Below, piece by piece: positions 1 to 10,675 of a stretch of DNA of 64,000 nucleotides. The stretch is from Longimicrobiales bacterium (GTDB lineage Bacteria; Gemmatimonadota; Gemmatimonadetes; Longimicrobiales; Gaopeijiaceae): assembly GCA_965202805.1 (NCBI GenBank), contig OZ241869.1, positions 3,520,001-3,584,000 of the forward strand, given 5' to 3'. The first letter of the stretch is position 1. Each line of letters begins with the position of its first letter. The notes under the pieces were generated by a model. It worked only from the letters and a program-made list of their open reading frames with translations, ran no database searches and was not told where the DNA came from. The position numbers and the translations under genes were made by a program.

Positions 1-33
1 CTGCAGAAGTACGCGCACCTGAGCCTGGACTAG
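1..33 (+). CDS. C-terminal end of upstream gene (LQKYAHLSLD*), possibly sulfoacetaldehyde acetyltransferase
   Basis: Open frame to TAG at 31-33, 21 nt before tpa. The tail resembles the L-x-K-Y end of some Xsc proteins, and tpa and pta are neighbours. Only 10 residues are visible. Confidence 0.3.
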   Translation: MQKYAHLSLD

Positions 34-54
34 CCGCCCAGCCGGAGAGACCAC

Positions 55-1449
55 ATGTCCGATACCCAGACGCTGCTCGCCGACTACGACGTCCAGGATG
101 TCATCGAGAAGGACAGGAAGCACCTCTGGCACCACCTGTTCCAGCACAGCGTCTTCGAGACGCAGGATCCGCAGGTTTTCGTGGAGGGAGAGGGCGCACG
201 GGTCCGGGACATCCACGGGAAGGAGTTTCTCGACGGCGCTTCGGGCGGCGTCTGGTGCGTCAACGTGGGCCACGGGCGCGAGAGCATTGCGAGGGTCGTC
301 TACGAGCAGCTGATGCGCCTGCCCTATTATGCGGGCGTGGTCGGGACCGTGCCGGCGGCCCAGTACGCGAGCGCGCTGGCGGAGTGGATGCCGGAGCTGG
401 ACCACCTCTATTTCGCGAACAGCGGCTCGGAGGCCAACGAGAAGGCGATCAAGATGGTGCGCCAGATCGCGCACCTGAACGGCACCGGCAAGTACAAGGT
501 TCTCTACCGGGACCGGGACTATCACGGCACCACCATCGCCTGCCTGGCGGCCAGCGGGCAGGAGGAGCGCAAGGAGGCCTACGGGCCGTTCCCGGACGGC
601 TTCGCGGCGATCCCGCACGCGATGTGCTACCGCTGCCCCTTCGGCAAGACCTACCCGGATTGCAATATCGAGTGTGCGCGCGCGCTGGGGGACGCCATCG
701 AGGCGGAGGGACCGGATACGGTGGGCGGGGTCATTCTCGAACCCATCACCGCGGGCGGCGGGGTCATTCCGCCGGTGGACGATTACTACACGATTGTCCG
801 CGAGATATGCGACGAATACGGGGTGATTCTGATCATCGACGAGGTCGTATGCGGGTTCGGGCGCACCGGCACCATGTTCGGCTACGAACACTACGACTTC
901 GTTCCCGACATCGTCACCATGGCCAAGGGCATGGCCAGCTCCTACGCACCGATCTCGGCGGCGGCCGTGCGCGGGGAGGTGTTCGACACCTTCCTCGAGG
1001 ACCCGGGCGAGAAGTACCACTACTTCAGGGACATCAGCACCTACGGCGGATGTACCGCGGGCTTCGCCGCCGCCCTCGAGAACCTGCGCATCATCGAGGA
1101 AGAGGATCTGATCGAGAACAGCCGCGTGATGGGGGCGTACCTGCTGGACCGCCTGCGCGAGCTGTCCGACCACCCGAACGTCGGCGACGTGCGCGGCAGG
1201 GGCCTGTTCGCCGGCGTGGAGCTGGTGGAGGACAGGGCCTCGAAGACCCCGGTGAGCGAGGACGTGATGATGGCGGTGGTGAAGAAAGCCGCCGAGGAGG
1301 GCGTCCTGGTGGGCAAGACCACGCGCAGCGTTCCCGGGCTGAACAACACCGTCAACATGGCCCCGCCGCTCATCGTCACCAAGGCGGACGTCGACGAGTT
1401 GGTGGATGCGGTAAAGGCCGGCATCGAGCATGGGTGCCGGGACCTCTGA
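55..1449 (+). CDS. tpa: Class III PLP aminotransferase, taurine--pyruvate aminotransferase-like
   Basis: WHHLFQH, GGVWCVNVG, NSGSEANEKA, YRDRDYHG, DEVVCGFGRTG, TMAKG (PLP Lys) and YFRDISTYGG closely match Tpa-type sequences; pta is nearby. Confidence 0.85.
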   Translation: MSDTQTLLADYDVQDVIEKDRKHLWHHLFQHSVFETQDPQVFVEGEGARVRDIHGKEFLDGASGGVWCVNVGHGRESIARVVYEQLMRLPYYAGVVGTVPAAQYASALAEWMPELDHLYFANSGSEANEKAIKMVRQIAHLNGTGKYKVLYRDRDYHGTTIACLAASGQEERKEAYGPFPDGFAAIPHAMCYRCPFGKTYPDCNIECARALGDAIEAEGPDTVGGVILEPITAGGGVIPPVDDYYTIVREICDEYGVILIIDEVVCGFGRTGTMFGYEHYDFVPDIVTMAKGMASSYAPISAAAVRGEVFDTFLEDPGEKYHYFRDISTYGGCTAGFAAALENLRIIEEEDLIENSRVMGAYLLDRLRELSDHPNVGDVRGRGLFAGVELVEDRASKTPVSEDVMMAVVKKAAEEGVLVGKTTRSVPGLNNTVNMAPPLIVTKADVDELVDAVKAGIEHGCRDL

Positions 1450-1538
1450 GACAATCGCAAGACGGCCGCCCGGGGATGGCTGGACCACAGGCCCGGGGCG
1501 GTGAACGAAGAGCGAATCGCAAACCGGGAGGGCCGACG

Positions 1539-3266
1539 ATGAACCGGACACACCACCACAGAGGCCCGCACCACACCCTGGTCGCGCTGGCGGCCGCTGG
1601 CCTGGGCGCGTGCGCCATGCCGGCGCCGGTCCTGGAAGTCGACACCATCTACCTGAACGGGGAGGTCGTCACCATGGACGATGCCGCCCCTTCCGCCGAG
1701 GCCGTAGCGGTGCGCGGCGACGAGATCGTCGCGGTGGGGAGCACCACCGAGGTGGGACTGATGGCCGGTCCGGGCACGCGCATCGTCGACCTGGAGGGCC
1801 GGACGATGACGCCCGGCTTCTACGCCCCCCACGACCATTTTCCCTGGGCGGGCGCCATCGCGGTGACCACGGTCAACCTGAACAGCCCGCCCATGGGCCC
1901 GGTGGAGAACATCGACGGCCTGGTGGACGCCCTGCGGGAGAAGGCCGGGGAGACCCCGGAGGGCGAGTGGATCCAGGGGTGGGGGTATGACGACACCCTG
2001 CTGGAGGACCAGCGCCACCCCAACCGGCACGACCTGGACCGGGTGTCGACCGAACACCCCATCTACATCAGCCACACCTCCGGCCACCTGGGCGTCGCCA
2101 ACACCATGGCCCTCGATCTGGCGGCCATCACTGCGGAGACCCGGGCGCCTCCGGGCGGAGTCATCCGCCACGAGCCCGACACCGGCGAGCCGGACGGAGT
2201 GCTGGAGGAGACGGCGGCCTGGGCGGTCATGAGTCTCGTGCCCCCGGCGACCCGCGAGCAGAAGCTGGAGGGCTTCCGGCGGGCCGTGGACCTCTACGTT
2301 CAGCAGGGCGTGACCACCACCGTCATTACCGGGGGCTCGGCCGAGAACGTCGCGGACCTGCAGATGGCCCGGCGGGAGGGTCTTCTGTCGCTCCGGGTCG
2401 TCACCATGGTGAGCAAGGCCGCGCCCCTGATGCCCTCGCCGGCGGAGGCGGGCGGGTTCGTGTCCGGCTTCGGCGACGACCGGATCAGGCTGGGCGGCAT
2501 CAAGATCGTCCAGGACGGCTCCAACCAGGGTTTCACCGGCTACTTCACCGAGCCCTACCACACCCCGTTCAACGGCGATTCCGAATGGCGCGGGTACCCG
2601 GCCCGCAGCCGGGAGACCCTCACCGCCATGGTCAAGGAACTCCACCGCGCCGGCTACCAGATCGCCATCCACGGCAACGGCGACGCAGCCATCGACGACA
2701 TCATCCACGCCTTCCGCGAAGCCCAGCGCGACTCTCCCCGCGAGGACACCCGCCACCGCATCGAGCACTGCCAGATGGTGCGCAAGGATCAGCTGGACGA
2801 AATCGCCGAACTGGGCATCACGCCCTCGTTCTTCGTCGGGCACGTGTTCTACTGGGGGGACCGGCACCGCGACATCTTCATGGGGCCGGAGCGCGCGGCC
2901 GGGATCAGCCCGCTCAGGTCATCCATCGACCGGGGCATCCGCTTCACCGTGCACGACGATACGCCCGTGACGCCGGTCGACCCGCTGCAGCTCATGTGGG
3001 TGTCGGTCAACCGCCTGACCCGCAGCGACCGGGTGCTGGGGCCCGAGGAGCGGGTCTCGCCGCTGGAGGCGATGCGGGCGATGACGCTCGACGCCGCCTG
3101 GCAGAACTTCGAGGAGGACACCAAGGGATCGATCGAACCGGGCAAGCTGGCGGACCTGGTGATCCTGTCCGACAACCCGCTGACGGTGGATCCCCTGGCC
3201 ATCCGGCAGATCCAGGTGCTCGAGACGATCGTCGGCGGCGAGACCGTCTACCGGCGCGGCGACTGA
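1539..3266 (+). CDS. Amidohydrolase_3 (YtcJ-like) metal-dependent hydrolase, lipoprotein
   Basis: ATG 1539 after GGGAGG; lipobox LGAC; motifs PGFYAPHDH, IAIHGNGD, RHRIEHCQ, GSIEPGKLADLV. Confidence 0.85.
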   Translation: MNRTHHHRGPHHTLVALAAAGLGACAMPAPVLEVDTIYLNGEVVTMDDAAPSAEAVAVRGDEIVAVGSTTEVGLMAGPGTRIVDLEGRTMTPGFYAPHDHFPWAGAIAVTTVNLNSPPMGPVENIDGLVDALREKAGETPEGEWIQGWGYDDTLLEDQRHPNRHDLDRVSTEHPIYISHTSGHLGVANTMALDLAAITAETRAPPGGVIRHEPDTGEPDGVLEETAAWAVMSLVPPATREQKLEGFRRAVDLYVQQGVTTTVITGGSAENVADLQMARREGLLSLRVVTMVSKAAPLMPSPAEAGGFVSGFGDDRIRLGGIKIVQDGSNQGFTGYFTEPYHTPFNGDSEWRGYPARSRETLTAMVKELHRAGYQIAIHGNGDAAIDDIIHAFREAQRDSPREDTRHRIEHCQMVRKDQLDEIAELGITPSFFVGHVFYWGDRHRDIFMGPERAAGISPLRSSIDRGIRFTVHDDTPVTPVDPLQLMWVSVNRLTRSDRVLGPEERVSPLEAMRAMTLDAAWQNFEEDTKGSIEPGKLADLVILSDNPLTVDPLAIRQIQVLETIVGGETVYRRGD

Positions 3267-3641
3267 CCGCATCCGCAGGGATTCCAGCCCGGGGACCATC
3301 CGCGAAACACCATCCCGGGCTCGTCCTGCGCCCGGCGATTGAAGGCGGCCGGGATCCCGGTTTGCGCACGGGAAGCCCAGTCCCCACAATCAGTGAACGC
3401 TCGCCCCCCCAAACGCTTGCACGTCGAAGTGCGTCCGTACTTCAGCTCACGGGAGGGAAAACCGCGCCGGGGCGGCGAGACTGGCTTTCCGCCGTGCCTC
3501 GCGGGCCGGGAATCCGACTCGAGTACGGGTTTCCACCACGCAGCCGGAACAGCGAGCGGCCGCGGCCGCTCCTCCTCCGCGACCCGCCTGGCACGCCCCA
3601 CCGGAACCGCAGTCGGAGTCCAGGACTCCGGGGAGGTTGCT

Positions 3642-6600
3642 GTGAAACCCTTTATTGTTCTCCTTCTCCTGTTCGCCGGATTCACTCAGGCGGCCACCGC
3701 TCAGTCGGGATCGTTCGACCCGCAGCCGACCCTGGTCCTCGAGGTGGCCCCCGCCGAAATGGACGTGCGTCCGATCCGCGTGCAGGGGACCGTCACCGGG
3801 ACGGTCACCGACGCGGGAACCGGACAGCCGCTGGCGGCGGTCCAGATGTCGGTCGTCGGCACCGGTCTGGGCGGGCTCACCAACGAGGATGGCCGCTACC
3901 TGATCCCGAACGTGCCCGACGGACCCCAGACCCTGCGCGCGGAGCGGGTCGGGTATGCGACCGCCGACGTGGCGATCACGGTCACGGCCGACCAGACGGT
4001 CGTGCAGGACTTCCTTCTCTCCGAACAGGCCTTCGCGCTCGACGAGATCGTGGTCACGGGCGTGCCCGGCGGGACCCGCAGGCGCGCGATCGGCAACTCG
4101 GTGAGCACCGTCGAAGCCGCGGCCATCACCGAACTGGCCCCCGTCGAGGACGTGCAGACCCTGCTGCGCGGACGAACCCCCAGCGTGAACATGATGGGCG
4201 GCGGCATGGTGGGGCAGGGTCCGCGCATGCGCATCCGCGGCGCGTCCACCTTCTCCCTCAACGGCCAGCCGCTCATCTACATCGACGGCGTGCGGGCCAA
4301 CAACGACGAGACCACCGGCTACACCTTCGGCAACAACGCCGGCGTGCGCTCGATCCTCACCAGCCTCGACCCGGAGCAGATCGAGCGCATCGAGGTGCTC
4401 AAGGGCCCGGCGGCGGCGACGCTCTACGGCACGGAGGCCTCGCGCGGCGTGATCAACGTCATCACCAAGCGGGGCCAGGAGGGCGGCGCGCGCGTCGACC
4501 TCATGGTTCGCCAGGGCGTGAACTGGATGGCCGACAAGCAGGGCAAGGTGGGCTACGACAACTACTGGACGGACCCGGCCTCGGGGCAGATCCACACCCT
4601 GAACATGCTGGACTACCACGACGGGCTCGGCAACGACATCTACACCCCCGGCTCCGTCCAGGCGTACAGCGCCAGCCTGAGCGGCGGCTCGGCGGACACC
4701 CGCTACTTCCTTTCCGGCACCTACGCCGACGAGACCGGCATCCTCAACTACAACTGGCAGAAGAAGTTCAACCTGCGCACCAACATCGAGACCGAACTCT
4801 CCGAGAATCTCGGCCTCGCCGTGAACATGGGGTACACCAACTCGAGGGACCGCCTGGTGCGCGACGGCTTCGGCAGCATCACCGAGGGTGTCGAGTTCGG
4901 AAGCCCGCGGCTCCTGCCCGAGCACTGGTGCCGGTCCAGCAACAACAGCTTCGGCTGCGAGCTCCTGCACGGCTACAACCGTTACGACATGCCGGTCAGG
5001 GATGAGACCAACTTCAACCACCAGTACCTGAACCGGTTCACCGGCGGCCTGACCTTCAACCACGAGGCGCTCGGCTTCCTGACGACCCGGCTCACCACGG
5101 GCCTCGACTTCACCGGCGAGCAGAACGTGGCCTTCCGCGAATTCCAGACCAGCGACACCGCTGTCGTTTCGCTCGGCGCGAACAACCGGAAGGGCTTCCG
5201 CAACGAGGGGCACTTCACCCACTTCCGCACCACCACCGACTTCTCCACCACCGCCAACCTCGACGTCTCCTCGGCGCTGACGACGTCCACTTCGCTGGGC
5301 GTCCAGTACTACACCCGCACCACGACCTTCCTCTCGGCCACGGGACAGCAGTTCGCCGGTCCCGGCCTGAGCACCATCACCTCCACCTCGATCCCGGGCG
5401 TGCCGGCCAACAACCGCATCTCGGACAACACCCTCGGCACCTACGTACAGGAAACGCTGGGCTGGAACGACCGCCTCTTCCTGACCGGGGCGGTGCGCGT
5501 GGACAACAACAGCGCCTTCGGCAACGACATCAGGTTCGTGACCTATCCGAAGGCATCGCTCTCGTGGGTGATTAACGAGGAAGGCTGGTTCCAGGACAGC
5601 GCGCCCGGCTGGCTGAGCACCCTGCGGCTTCGCGTGGCCTGGGGGGAATCGGGCGAGCAGCCCGCGTCCTTCTCGGCGCTGCGCACCTGGGCGGCGGTGA
5701 CGGGCCCCCGGAGCACCGCGGGCGTGACGCCCAACACGGTCGGCAACCCCGACCTGACCGCCGAGGTCGGACAGGAGACCGAGGTTGGATTCGACGCCGA
5801 TCTTCTCGACAACCGGCTGGGGCTCCAGTTCACCTACTACAACAAGCTGACCAGGGGCGCGATTCTCGAACGCGACCTGCCGCCCTCCGGCGGCTTCACC
5901 GGCGCCCAGTTCGTGAACGCGGGCGAGATCACCAACTCGGGGCTCGAGCTCTCGCTCAACGCGCAGCTCGTCGAGACCTCGGGGCTCAGCTGGGACGTCG
6001 GCCTCAACTTCTCCAGCAACAGCTCGGAGATCCTGCAGCTCTCCGGCGAGGCAGGGGACACAAGCATCGTCTTCAACAGCTGGAGCTCGATGGAGCACCG
6101 GGTGGGCCATCCGCCGTACAGCTGGTTCGGGGTCGACGTGGTCAGTTCGGACCTCGACGCCAACGGCAACACCGTCAACGCCCAATGCAGCAACGGACAG
6201 GGCGGCACCACGCCCTGCTTCGACGCCGGCGGCACGACCATCGCGCCCCGCGTCTTCCTGGGCCGGGCCATCGCGCCCTACGAGCTTTCGCTGACCTCCG
6301 ACATCGCCATCGGCAGCAACCTTCGCTTCCACGTCCTGATCACCTCCGAGCAGGGTCACAAGCGCTTCGACAACACCCTTCGCCAGCGCTGCAGGCTCTA
6401 CCGGGTATGCCGCTCGAACCATCATCCCCAGGAGTGGGATCCGATCATGAAGGCGACGGTCGAGAGCAGCGATCAGATCATCGACTCGTGGGTCAACGAC
6501 GTGAGCTTCATCCGCCTCAAGGCGGTCTCCATGACCTACGACCTGCCGGAGCAGTACCGCTTCGGTTCCAGCCGCGCCGTACTGCAGCTCGCGGCCCAGC

Positions 6601-6734
6601 ATCTCTTCACCTTGACGGATTGGACCGCTTCGGACCCCGAAGTGATGTTCTCGAGCGGCGGCCGGGCCTTCATGGCGCAGAACAACCTGCCGTTGCCGCA
6701 GCAGATCACCGCTTCCGTCCGCTTCAGCTTCTGA
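3642..6734 (+). CDS. SusC/RagA-like TonB-dependent outer-membrane receptor
   Basis: GTG start after GGGAGG; signal peptide; carboxypeptidase-regulatory-like domain; LDEIVVTG; plug motif IERIEVLKGPAAATLYG; GNPDL; C-terminal Phe. Confidence 0.9.
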   Translation: MKPFIVLLLLFAGFTQAATAQSGSFDPQPTLVLEVAPAEMDVRPIRVQGTVTGTVTDAGTGQPLAAVQMSVVGTGLGGLTNEDGRYLIPNVPDGPQTLRAERVGYATADVAITVTADQTVVQDFLLSEQAFALDEIVVTGVPGGTRRRAIGNSVSTVEAAAITELAPVEDVQTLLRGRTPSVNMMGGGMVGQGPRMRIRGASTFSLNGQPLIYIDGVRANNDETTGYTFGNNAGVRSILTSLDPEQIERIEVLKGPAAATLYGTEASRGVINVITKRGQEGGARVDLMVRQGVNWMADKQGKVGYDNYWTDPASGQIHTLNMLDYHDGLGNDIYTPGSVQAYSASLSGGSADTRYFLSGTYADETGILNYNWQKKFNLRTNIETELSENLGLAVNMGYTNSRDRLVRDGFGSITEGVEFGSPRLLPEHWCRSSNNSFGCELLHGYNRYDMPVRDETNFNHQYLNRFTGGLTFNHEALGFLTTRLTTGLDFTGEQNVAFREFQTSDTAVVSLGANNRKGFRNEGHFTHFRTTTDFSTTANLDVSSALTTSTSLGVQYYTRTTTFLSATGQQFAGPGLSTITSTSIPGVPANNRISDNTLGTYVQETLGWNDRLFLTGAVRVDNNSAFGNDIRFVTYPKASLSWVINEEGWFQDSAPGWLSTLRLRVAWGESGEQPASFSALRTWAAVTGPRSTAGVTPNTVGNPDLTAEVGQETEVGFDADLLDNRLGLQFTYYNKLTRGAILERDLPPSGGFTGAQFVNAGEITNSGLELSLNAQLVETSGLSWDVGLNFSSNSSEILQLSGEAGDTSIVFNSWSSMEHRVGHPPYSWFGVDVVSSDLDANGNTVNAQCSNGQGGTTPCFDAGGTTIAPRVFLGRAIAPYELSLTSDIAIGSNLRFHVLITSEQGHKRFDNTLRQRCRLYRVCRSNHHPQEWDPIMKATVESSDQIIDSWVNDVSFIRLKAVSMTYDLPEQYRFGSSRAVLQLAAQHLFTLTDWTASDPEVMFSSGGRAFMAQNNLPLPQQITASVRFSF

Positions 6735-6753
6735 GCCCGACAAAGAGGAGAAT

Positions 6754-8037
6754 GTGATCATGCATATCAAGACGATAAAGGGGATTACCCGGGCTTTCGC
6801 ATGCGCCGTGCTGCTGGCGTTCTCCGCCGCGTGCGACGTGGACAGCCTTCTCGAAGTCACCGACCCCAGCCGCCTGCTCTCGGAGAACGTGGAAATACCG
6901 TCCCAGGCCGGGGCGCTCATGAACGGCCTCGAAGCCGACTTCCTGTGCGCCCACGGTGCGTTCCTGGTCGTGACCGCGGACCTGAGCGACGAATACGAGG
7001 ACACCAACGCCGGCGGCGACAACTGGTCGCTGGACCGCCGCCGCCCCCAGGGCCAGAACGCCTGGGCCGACAACGACTGCACCGGGTTCCTGCCGTCGGG
7101 CTACGTCCCCGCGTCCCGCGCGCGATGGGTGGCCGACAACCTCGTGAACCTGCTCGAGAGCTGGAGCGACGCGGAGGTCGCCATGCGCACCCAGCGGCTC
7201 GCGAGGGCCTCTCTGCTGGCCGGGTTCAGCCTCTCCATGCTGGGAGCCGCGCACTGCACGGTCGCCCTGGACAGCGGCCCGGAGATTACCGCCGTACAGG
7301 CCTTCGCCGAGGCGGAGCAGCGGTTCTCGAATGCGCTTCAGCACGCGCAGGGTTCCGGGGCGGGCGATATCGCCAGCGCGGCGCTGGTGGGCCGTGCCCG
7401 GGTGAAGCTGTACCAGGGGGACGGCCAGGGTGCGGTGGCCGACGCCAGGCAGGTCCCCGAGGGCTTCCGGATGGACATCTTTCCCTCGGACGCGCCCAAC
7501 CGGCTGAACAACCGCATCTGGGCCACCAACCTGTTCAACTTCAGCTTCGGCGTGGCTCCGTGGACGCGCGAGCTGATGACCGGCGGCGTGCTCGATCCGC
7601 GCACGATTACCTACGACACCGGCCAGAACACCGGCTGGGCACCGGGCAACGTGTGGGGCCAGAGCAAGTACACGTCGGCGAGTTCGCCGATGCCGATCGC
7701 GCGCTGGGAAGAGGCGCAGCTCATCATCGCCGAGGTGGTGGGCGGGGACGAGGCCGTGCGCATCATCGACGGGCTGCGCGACGCGCACGGACTGCCCCAC
7801 TTCATGGGCATGGGCGATGCCGAGATTCGCCAGGCGGTCATCGACGAGCGGCAGCGCGAACTGTGGTTCGAAGGGTTCCGCGCATACGACATCCACCGCC
7901 TGAACCTGCCCCTGGTTCCCGCTCCGGGCGAGCCGTACCAGCTGGGCGTCAAGGGTGGATCATACGGGGACCAGACCTGCATCCCGATCCCGATCATCGA
8001 GACCTTCAACAACCCGACGATTCGGGGAGGAGCCTAG
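6754..8037 (+). CDS. SusD/RagB-like surface lipoprotein
   Basis: Lipobox SAAC followed by DSLLEVTDP; ERQRELWFEGFR SusD-type motif; directly downstream of SusC. Confidence 0.85.
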   Translation: MIMHIKTIKGITRAFACAVLLAFSAACDVDSLLEVTDPSRLLSENVEIPSQAGALMNGLEADFLCAHGAFLVVTADLSDEYEDTNAGGDNWSLDRRRPQGQNAWADNDCTGFLPSGYVPASRARWVADNLVNLLESWSDAEVAMRTQRLARASLLAGFSLSMLGAAHCTVALDSGPEITAVQAFAEAEQRFSNALQHAQGSGAGDIASAALVGRARVKLYQGDGQGAVADARQVPEGFRMDIFPSDAPNRLNNRIWATNLFNFSFGVAPWTRELMTGGVLDPRTITYDTGQNTGWAPGNVWGQSKYTSASSPMPIARWEEAQLIIAEVVGGDEAVRIIDGLRDAHGLPHFMGMGDAEIRQAVIDERQRELWFEGFRAYDIHRLNLPLVPAPGEPYQLGVKGGSYGDQTCIPIPIIETFNNPTIRGGA

Positions 8038-8112
8038 CCGAGAGAGCGAAGACCCGCAGCTTGCTGATGCCGATCGGGCGCGGTTCGGGACGATCGCCTT
8101 GACCGGGTCGAT

Positions 8113-9102
8113 GTGACGTTCCTCGACGAGTTGCGGCATCGGGCGGGGAGGCGGCGCAGGCGCGTCGTGTTCCCCGAAGGCGGGGATCCGCGAATCCGTG
8201 AAGCGGCGCTGGCCGCGGCCGCTCACGGACTCGCGGATCCCCTGCTGCTGGGCCCCGCCGGCGAGCTGGAGCGCCGGCTCGCCGGCGATCCGCGCTCCCG
8301 CGGCGTCCGGGTGGTGGACCCGGCCGACCCGGCCCGGGTGGAGCGCCACGCGACCGTCCTCGGCGGGCTGAAGCGCTTCCGCGACCTGTGCGGCGAGGAG
8401 CTTCGCCGGCGCGCCGCCGATCCCCTCTACCACGGCGCGCTCATGGTCGGAACCGGCGAAGCCGACGGCGGGGTGGCGGGGGCGGTGTATACCACCGCGG
8501 CCGTGATCCGGGCCGGGATCCACTGCGTCGGCCGGGCGGAGGGGGCCACGACCATCTCCTCCTCGTTCTTCATGGTGGTGCGGCCTTTCCGCGGCCCGAA
8601 TGCCGAGGTGCTCACCTTCGCCGACTCGGCCATCGTGCCCGACCCCACGGCGGAGCAGCTCGCGGAGATCGCGGTGGCGTCGTGCCGCGCCCGCCGGCGG
8701 ATCGTCGGCGACGAGCCCCGGGTCGCCTTCCTCTCGTACTCGACGCGGGGCAGCGCCGAAGGGCCCTCCGTGGACCGGGTGCGGGCCGCGCTGGCCCGCT
8801 TCCGTGAGATGAGCCCGAACACCGCGGCCGACGGCGAGCTTCAGGCCGATGCGGCCCTCATCGAGGCGGTCAGCCGGCGCAAGCTCCCGGCTTCCCCGGT
8901 CGGCGGAAGGGCCAACGTGCTCATCTTTCCCGATCTGGACGCCGGCAACATCGCCTACAAACTTGTTCAGCGGCTCGCCGGCGCCGAGGCGCTGGGACCG
9001 ATCGTGCAGGGGCTTGCGGGCCCCTGGTGCGACCTCTCCCGGGGCGCGTCCGCGGAGGACGCGGTCAACGTGGCGTGCATCACATCCCTTCTGGCGGACT
9101 GA
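8113..9102 (+). CDS. pta: Phosphate acetyltransferase
   Basis: [59 protein letters not shown]. Confidence 0.92.
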   Translation: MTFLDELRHRAGRRRRRVVFPEGGDPRIREAALAAAAHGLADPLLLGPAGELERRLAGDPRSRGVRVVDPADPARVERHATVLGGLKRFRDLCGEELRRRAADPLYHGALMVGTGEADGGVAGAVYTTAAVIRAGIHCVGRAEGATTISSSFFMVVRPFRGPNAEVLTFADSAIVPDPTAEQLAEIAVASCRARRRIVGDEPRVAFLSYSTRGSAEGPSVDRVRAALARFREMSPNTAADGELQADAALIEAVSRRKLPASPVGGRANVLIFPDLDAGNIAYKLVQRLAGAEALGPIVQGLAGPWCDLSRGASAEDAVNVACITSLLAD

Positions 9103-9144
9103 CGCGGTCGGACCGCCCCCTCACCCCAGCCGAGGACGCCCTCC

Positions 9145-10578
9145 ATGGGTCTTGACGAACGAATCAACGAGTTCATGCAACCCGTTACGGACGCGGTCGC
9201 CGGCTTCATCTTCTACGCGGTGCCCATCGCCGGCGCCGACGTGCCCCTCATCGTGGCGTGGCTCATCGCCGGTGGCGTGTTCTTCACGCTGTACCTGCGC
9301 TTCATCAACGTGCGCGGCTTCAAGCACGCGCTGGACCTGGTCCGGGGACGCTACACCGATCCCTCGCAGCCGGGCGAGGTCACCCCCTTCCAGGCACTCG
9401 CCACCGCCGTGTCGGGCACGGTCGGCATCGGCAACATCGCCGGAGTCGCGGTGGCGATCTCGCTGGGCGGGCCCGGAGCCACGCTGTGGCTGATCATCGC
9501 CGGCCTGCTCGGCATGAGCACCAAGTTCGCCGAGTGCACGCTGGCGGTGAAATGCCGTCACACCAACCCGGACGGCTCGGTCAGCGGCGGCCCCATGTAC
9601 TACCTGCAGCGCGGCCTGGAGCTGCGGAATCTTCCCCGGGTCGGCCACGGCCTGGGAATCTTCTACGCCGCCGCCATGGTGTTCGGCTGCCTCGGCATCG
9701 GCAACATGTTCCAGTCCAACCAGGCCGCCGCCATCCTCATCGAGGTGACCGGCGCCGAGGGCAGCTTCTTCAGCGACAAGGCCTGGCTGCTGGGCGTCTT
9801 CATGGCCGTCGCCGTGGCGATGGTGATCGTCGGCGGCATCAAGAGCATCGCGCGGGTCACGTCCAAGCTGGTTCCCTTCATGGCGGTGCTCTACGTGCTC
9901 TCGGCGCTGGCGATCATCGGCATCAACGCCGATCGGCTGCCGGCCGCCATCGTTCAGATCTGGCAGGGCGCCTTCTCGCCCGGAAGCATCGGCGGCGGGA
10001 TGATCGGGGTCATGATCATCGGATTCCGGCGCGCCGTCTTCTCCAACGAGGCCGGCCTCGGCTCAGCCGCCATCGCCCACTCGGCGGTGCAGACCGACGA
10101 GCCGTGCACGGAGGGCTTCGTCAGCCTGCTCGAACCGTTCATCGACACGGTGGTCATCTGCACCATGACCGCGCTGGTCATCATCACCACGGTCTACGAT
10201 CCGGCGCTGGCCGATGCCGGCATCAGCGGCATCGAAATGACCAAGACCGCGTTCGAGAGCACGCTCTCCTGGTCGCCCGTGCCCCTCTCGGTCGCGGCGG
10301 TGCTCTTCGCCTTCTCGACGATGATCTCGTGGAGCTACTACGGCCTCAAGGCGGCCACCTACCTGACCGGCGAGAACCGGTCGGTGGAGACGGGATTCAA
10401 GCTGTTCTTCTGCGGCTTCGTGGTCCTGGGTTCGAGCATCAATCTCGCCGCGCTCATCGATCTCTCGGATGCGATGATCTACGTGGTGGCGATTCCCAAT
10501 CTGCTGGGGCTGTACCTGCTCGCACCCGTGCTGCGAAAGGAGGTGCTCTCGTATCGGGAACGGCTCGGCCGGTACTGA
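9145..10578 (+). CDS. Alanine/glycine:cation symporter (AGCS family)
   Basis: GTVGIGNIAGVA, GGPGA, GGPMYY, FSNEAGLGSA; many transmembrane segments. Confidence 0.92.
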   Translation: MGLDERINEFMQPVTDAVAGFIFYAVPIAGADVPLIVAWLIAGGVFFTLYLRFINVRGFKHALDLVRGRYTDPSQPGEVTPFQALATAVSGTVGIGNIAGVAVAISLGGPGATLWLIIAGLLGMSTKFAECTLAVKCRHTNPDGSVSGGPMYYLQRGLELRNLPRVGHGLGIFYAAAMVFGCLGIGNMFQSNQAAAILIEVTGAEGSFFSDKAWLLGVFMAVAVAMVIVGGIKSIARVTSKLVPFMAVLYVLSALAIIGINADRLPAAIVQIWQGAFSPGSIGGGMIGVMIIGFRRAVFSNEAGLGSAAIAHSAVQTDEPCTEGFVSLLEPFIDTVVICTMTALVIITTVYDPALADAGISGIEMTKTAFESTLSWSPVPLSVAAVLFAFSTMISWSYYGLKAATYLTGENRSVETGFKLFFCGFVVLGSSINLAALIDLSDAMIYVVAIPNLLGLYLLAPVLRKEVLSYRERLGRY

Positions 10579-10675
10579 TCCGGGGTACGCGGCGGCGATC
10601 CGGACCCCCCGGAGCCCGCGACGGCCGTCCCTCGATCGCCACATCCACAACTCACTCTTCTTCGGGAGAAACACG

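Noticed and set aside
255..1538. N-terminal 428 aa of the 1003-aa ORF
   Set aside because: Off-frame overlap with tpa; the real amidohydrolase starts at 1539 with an RBS and lipobox.
3267..3641. Riboswitch in the long leader before the first susC
   Set aside because: GC-rich hairpins are possible, but no cobalamin, TPP or other consensus was recognisable.
3447..7082. 1211-aa minus-strand ORF and similar long shadow ORFs (for example 55839-59135, 30149-32281, 62790-63875)
   Set aside because: Antisense mirrors of well-supported genes, expected in high-GC DNA; no motifs.
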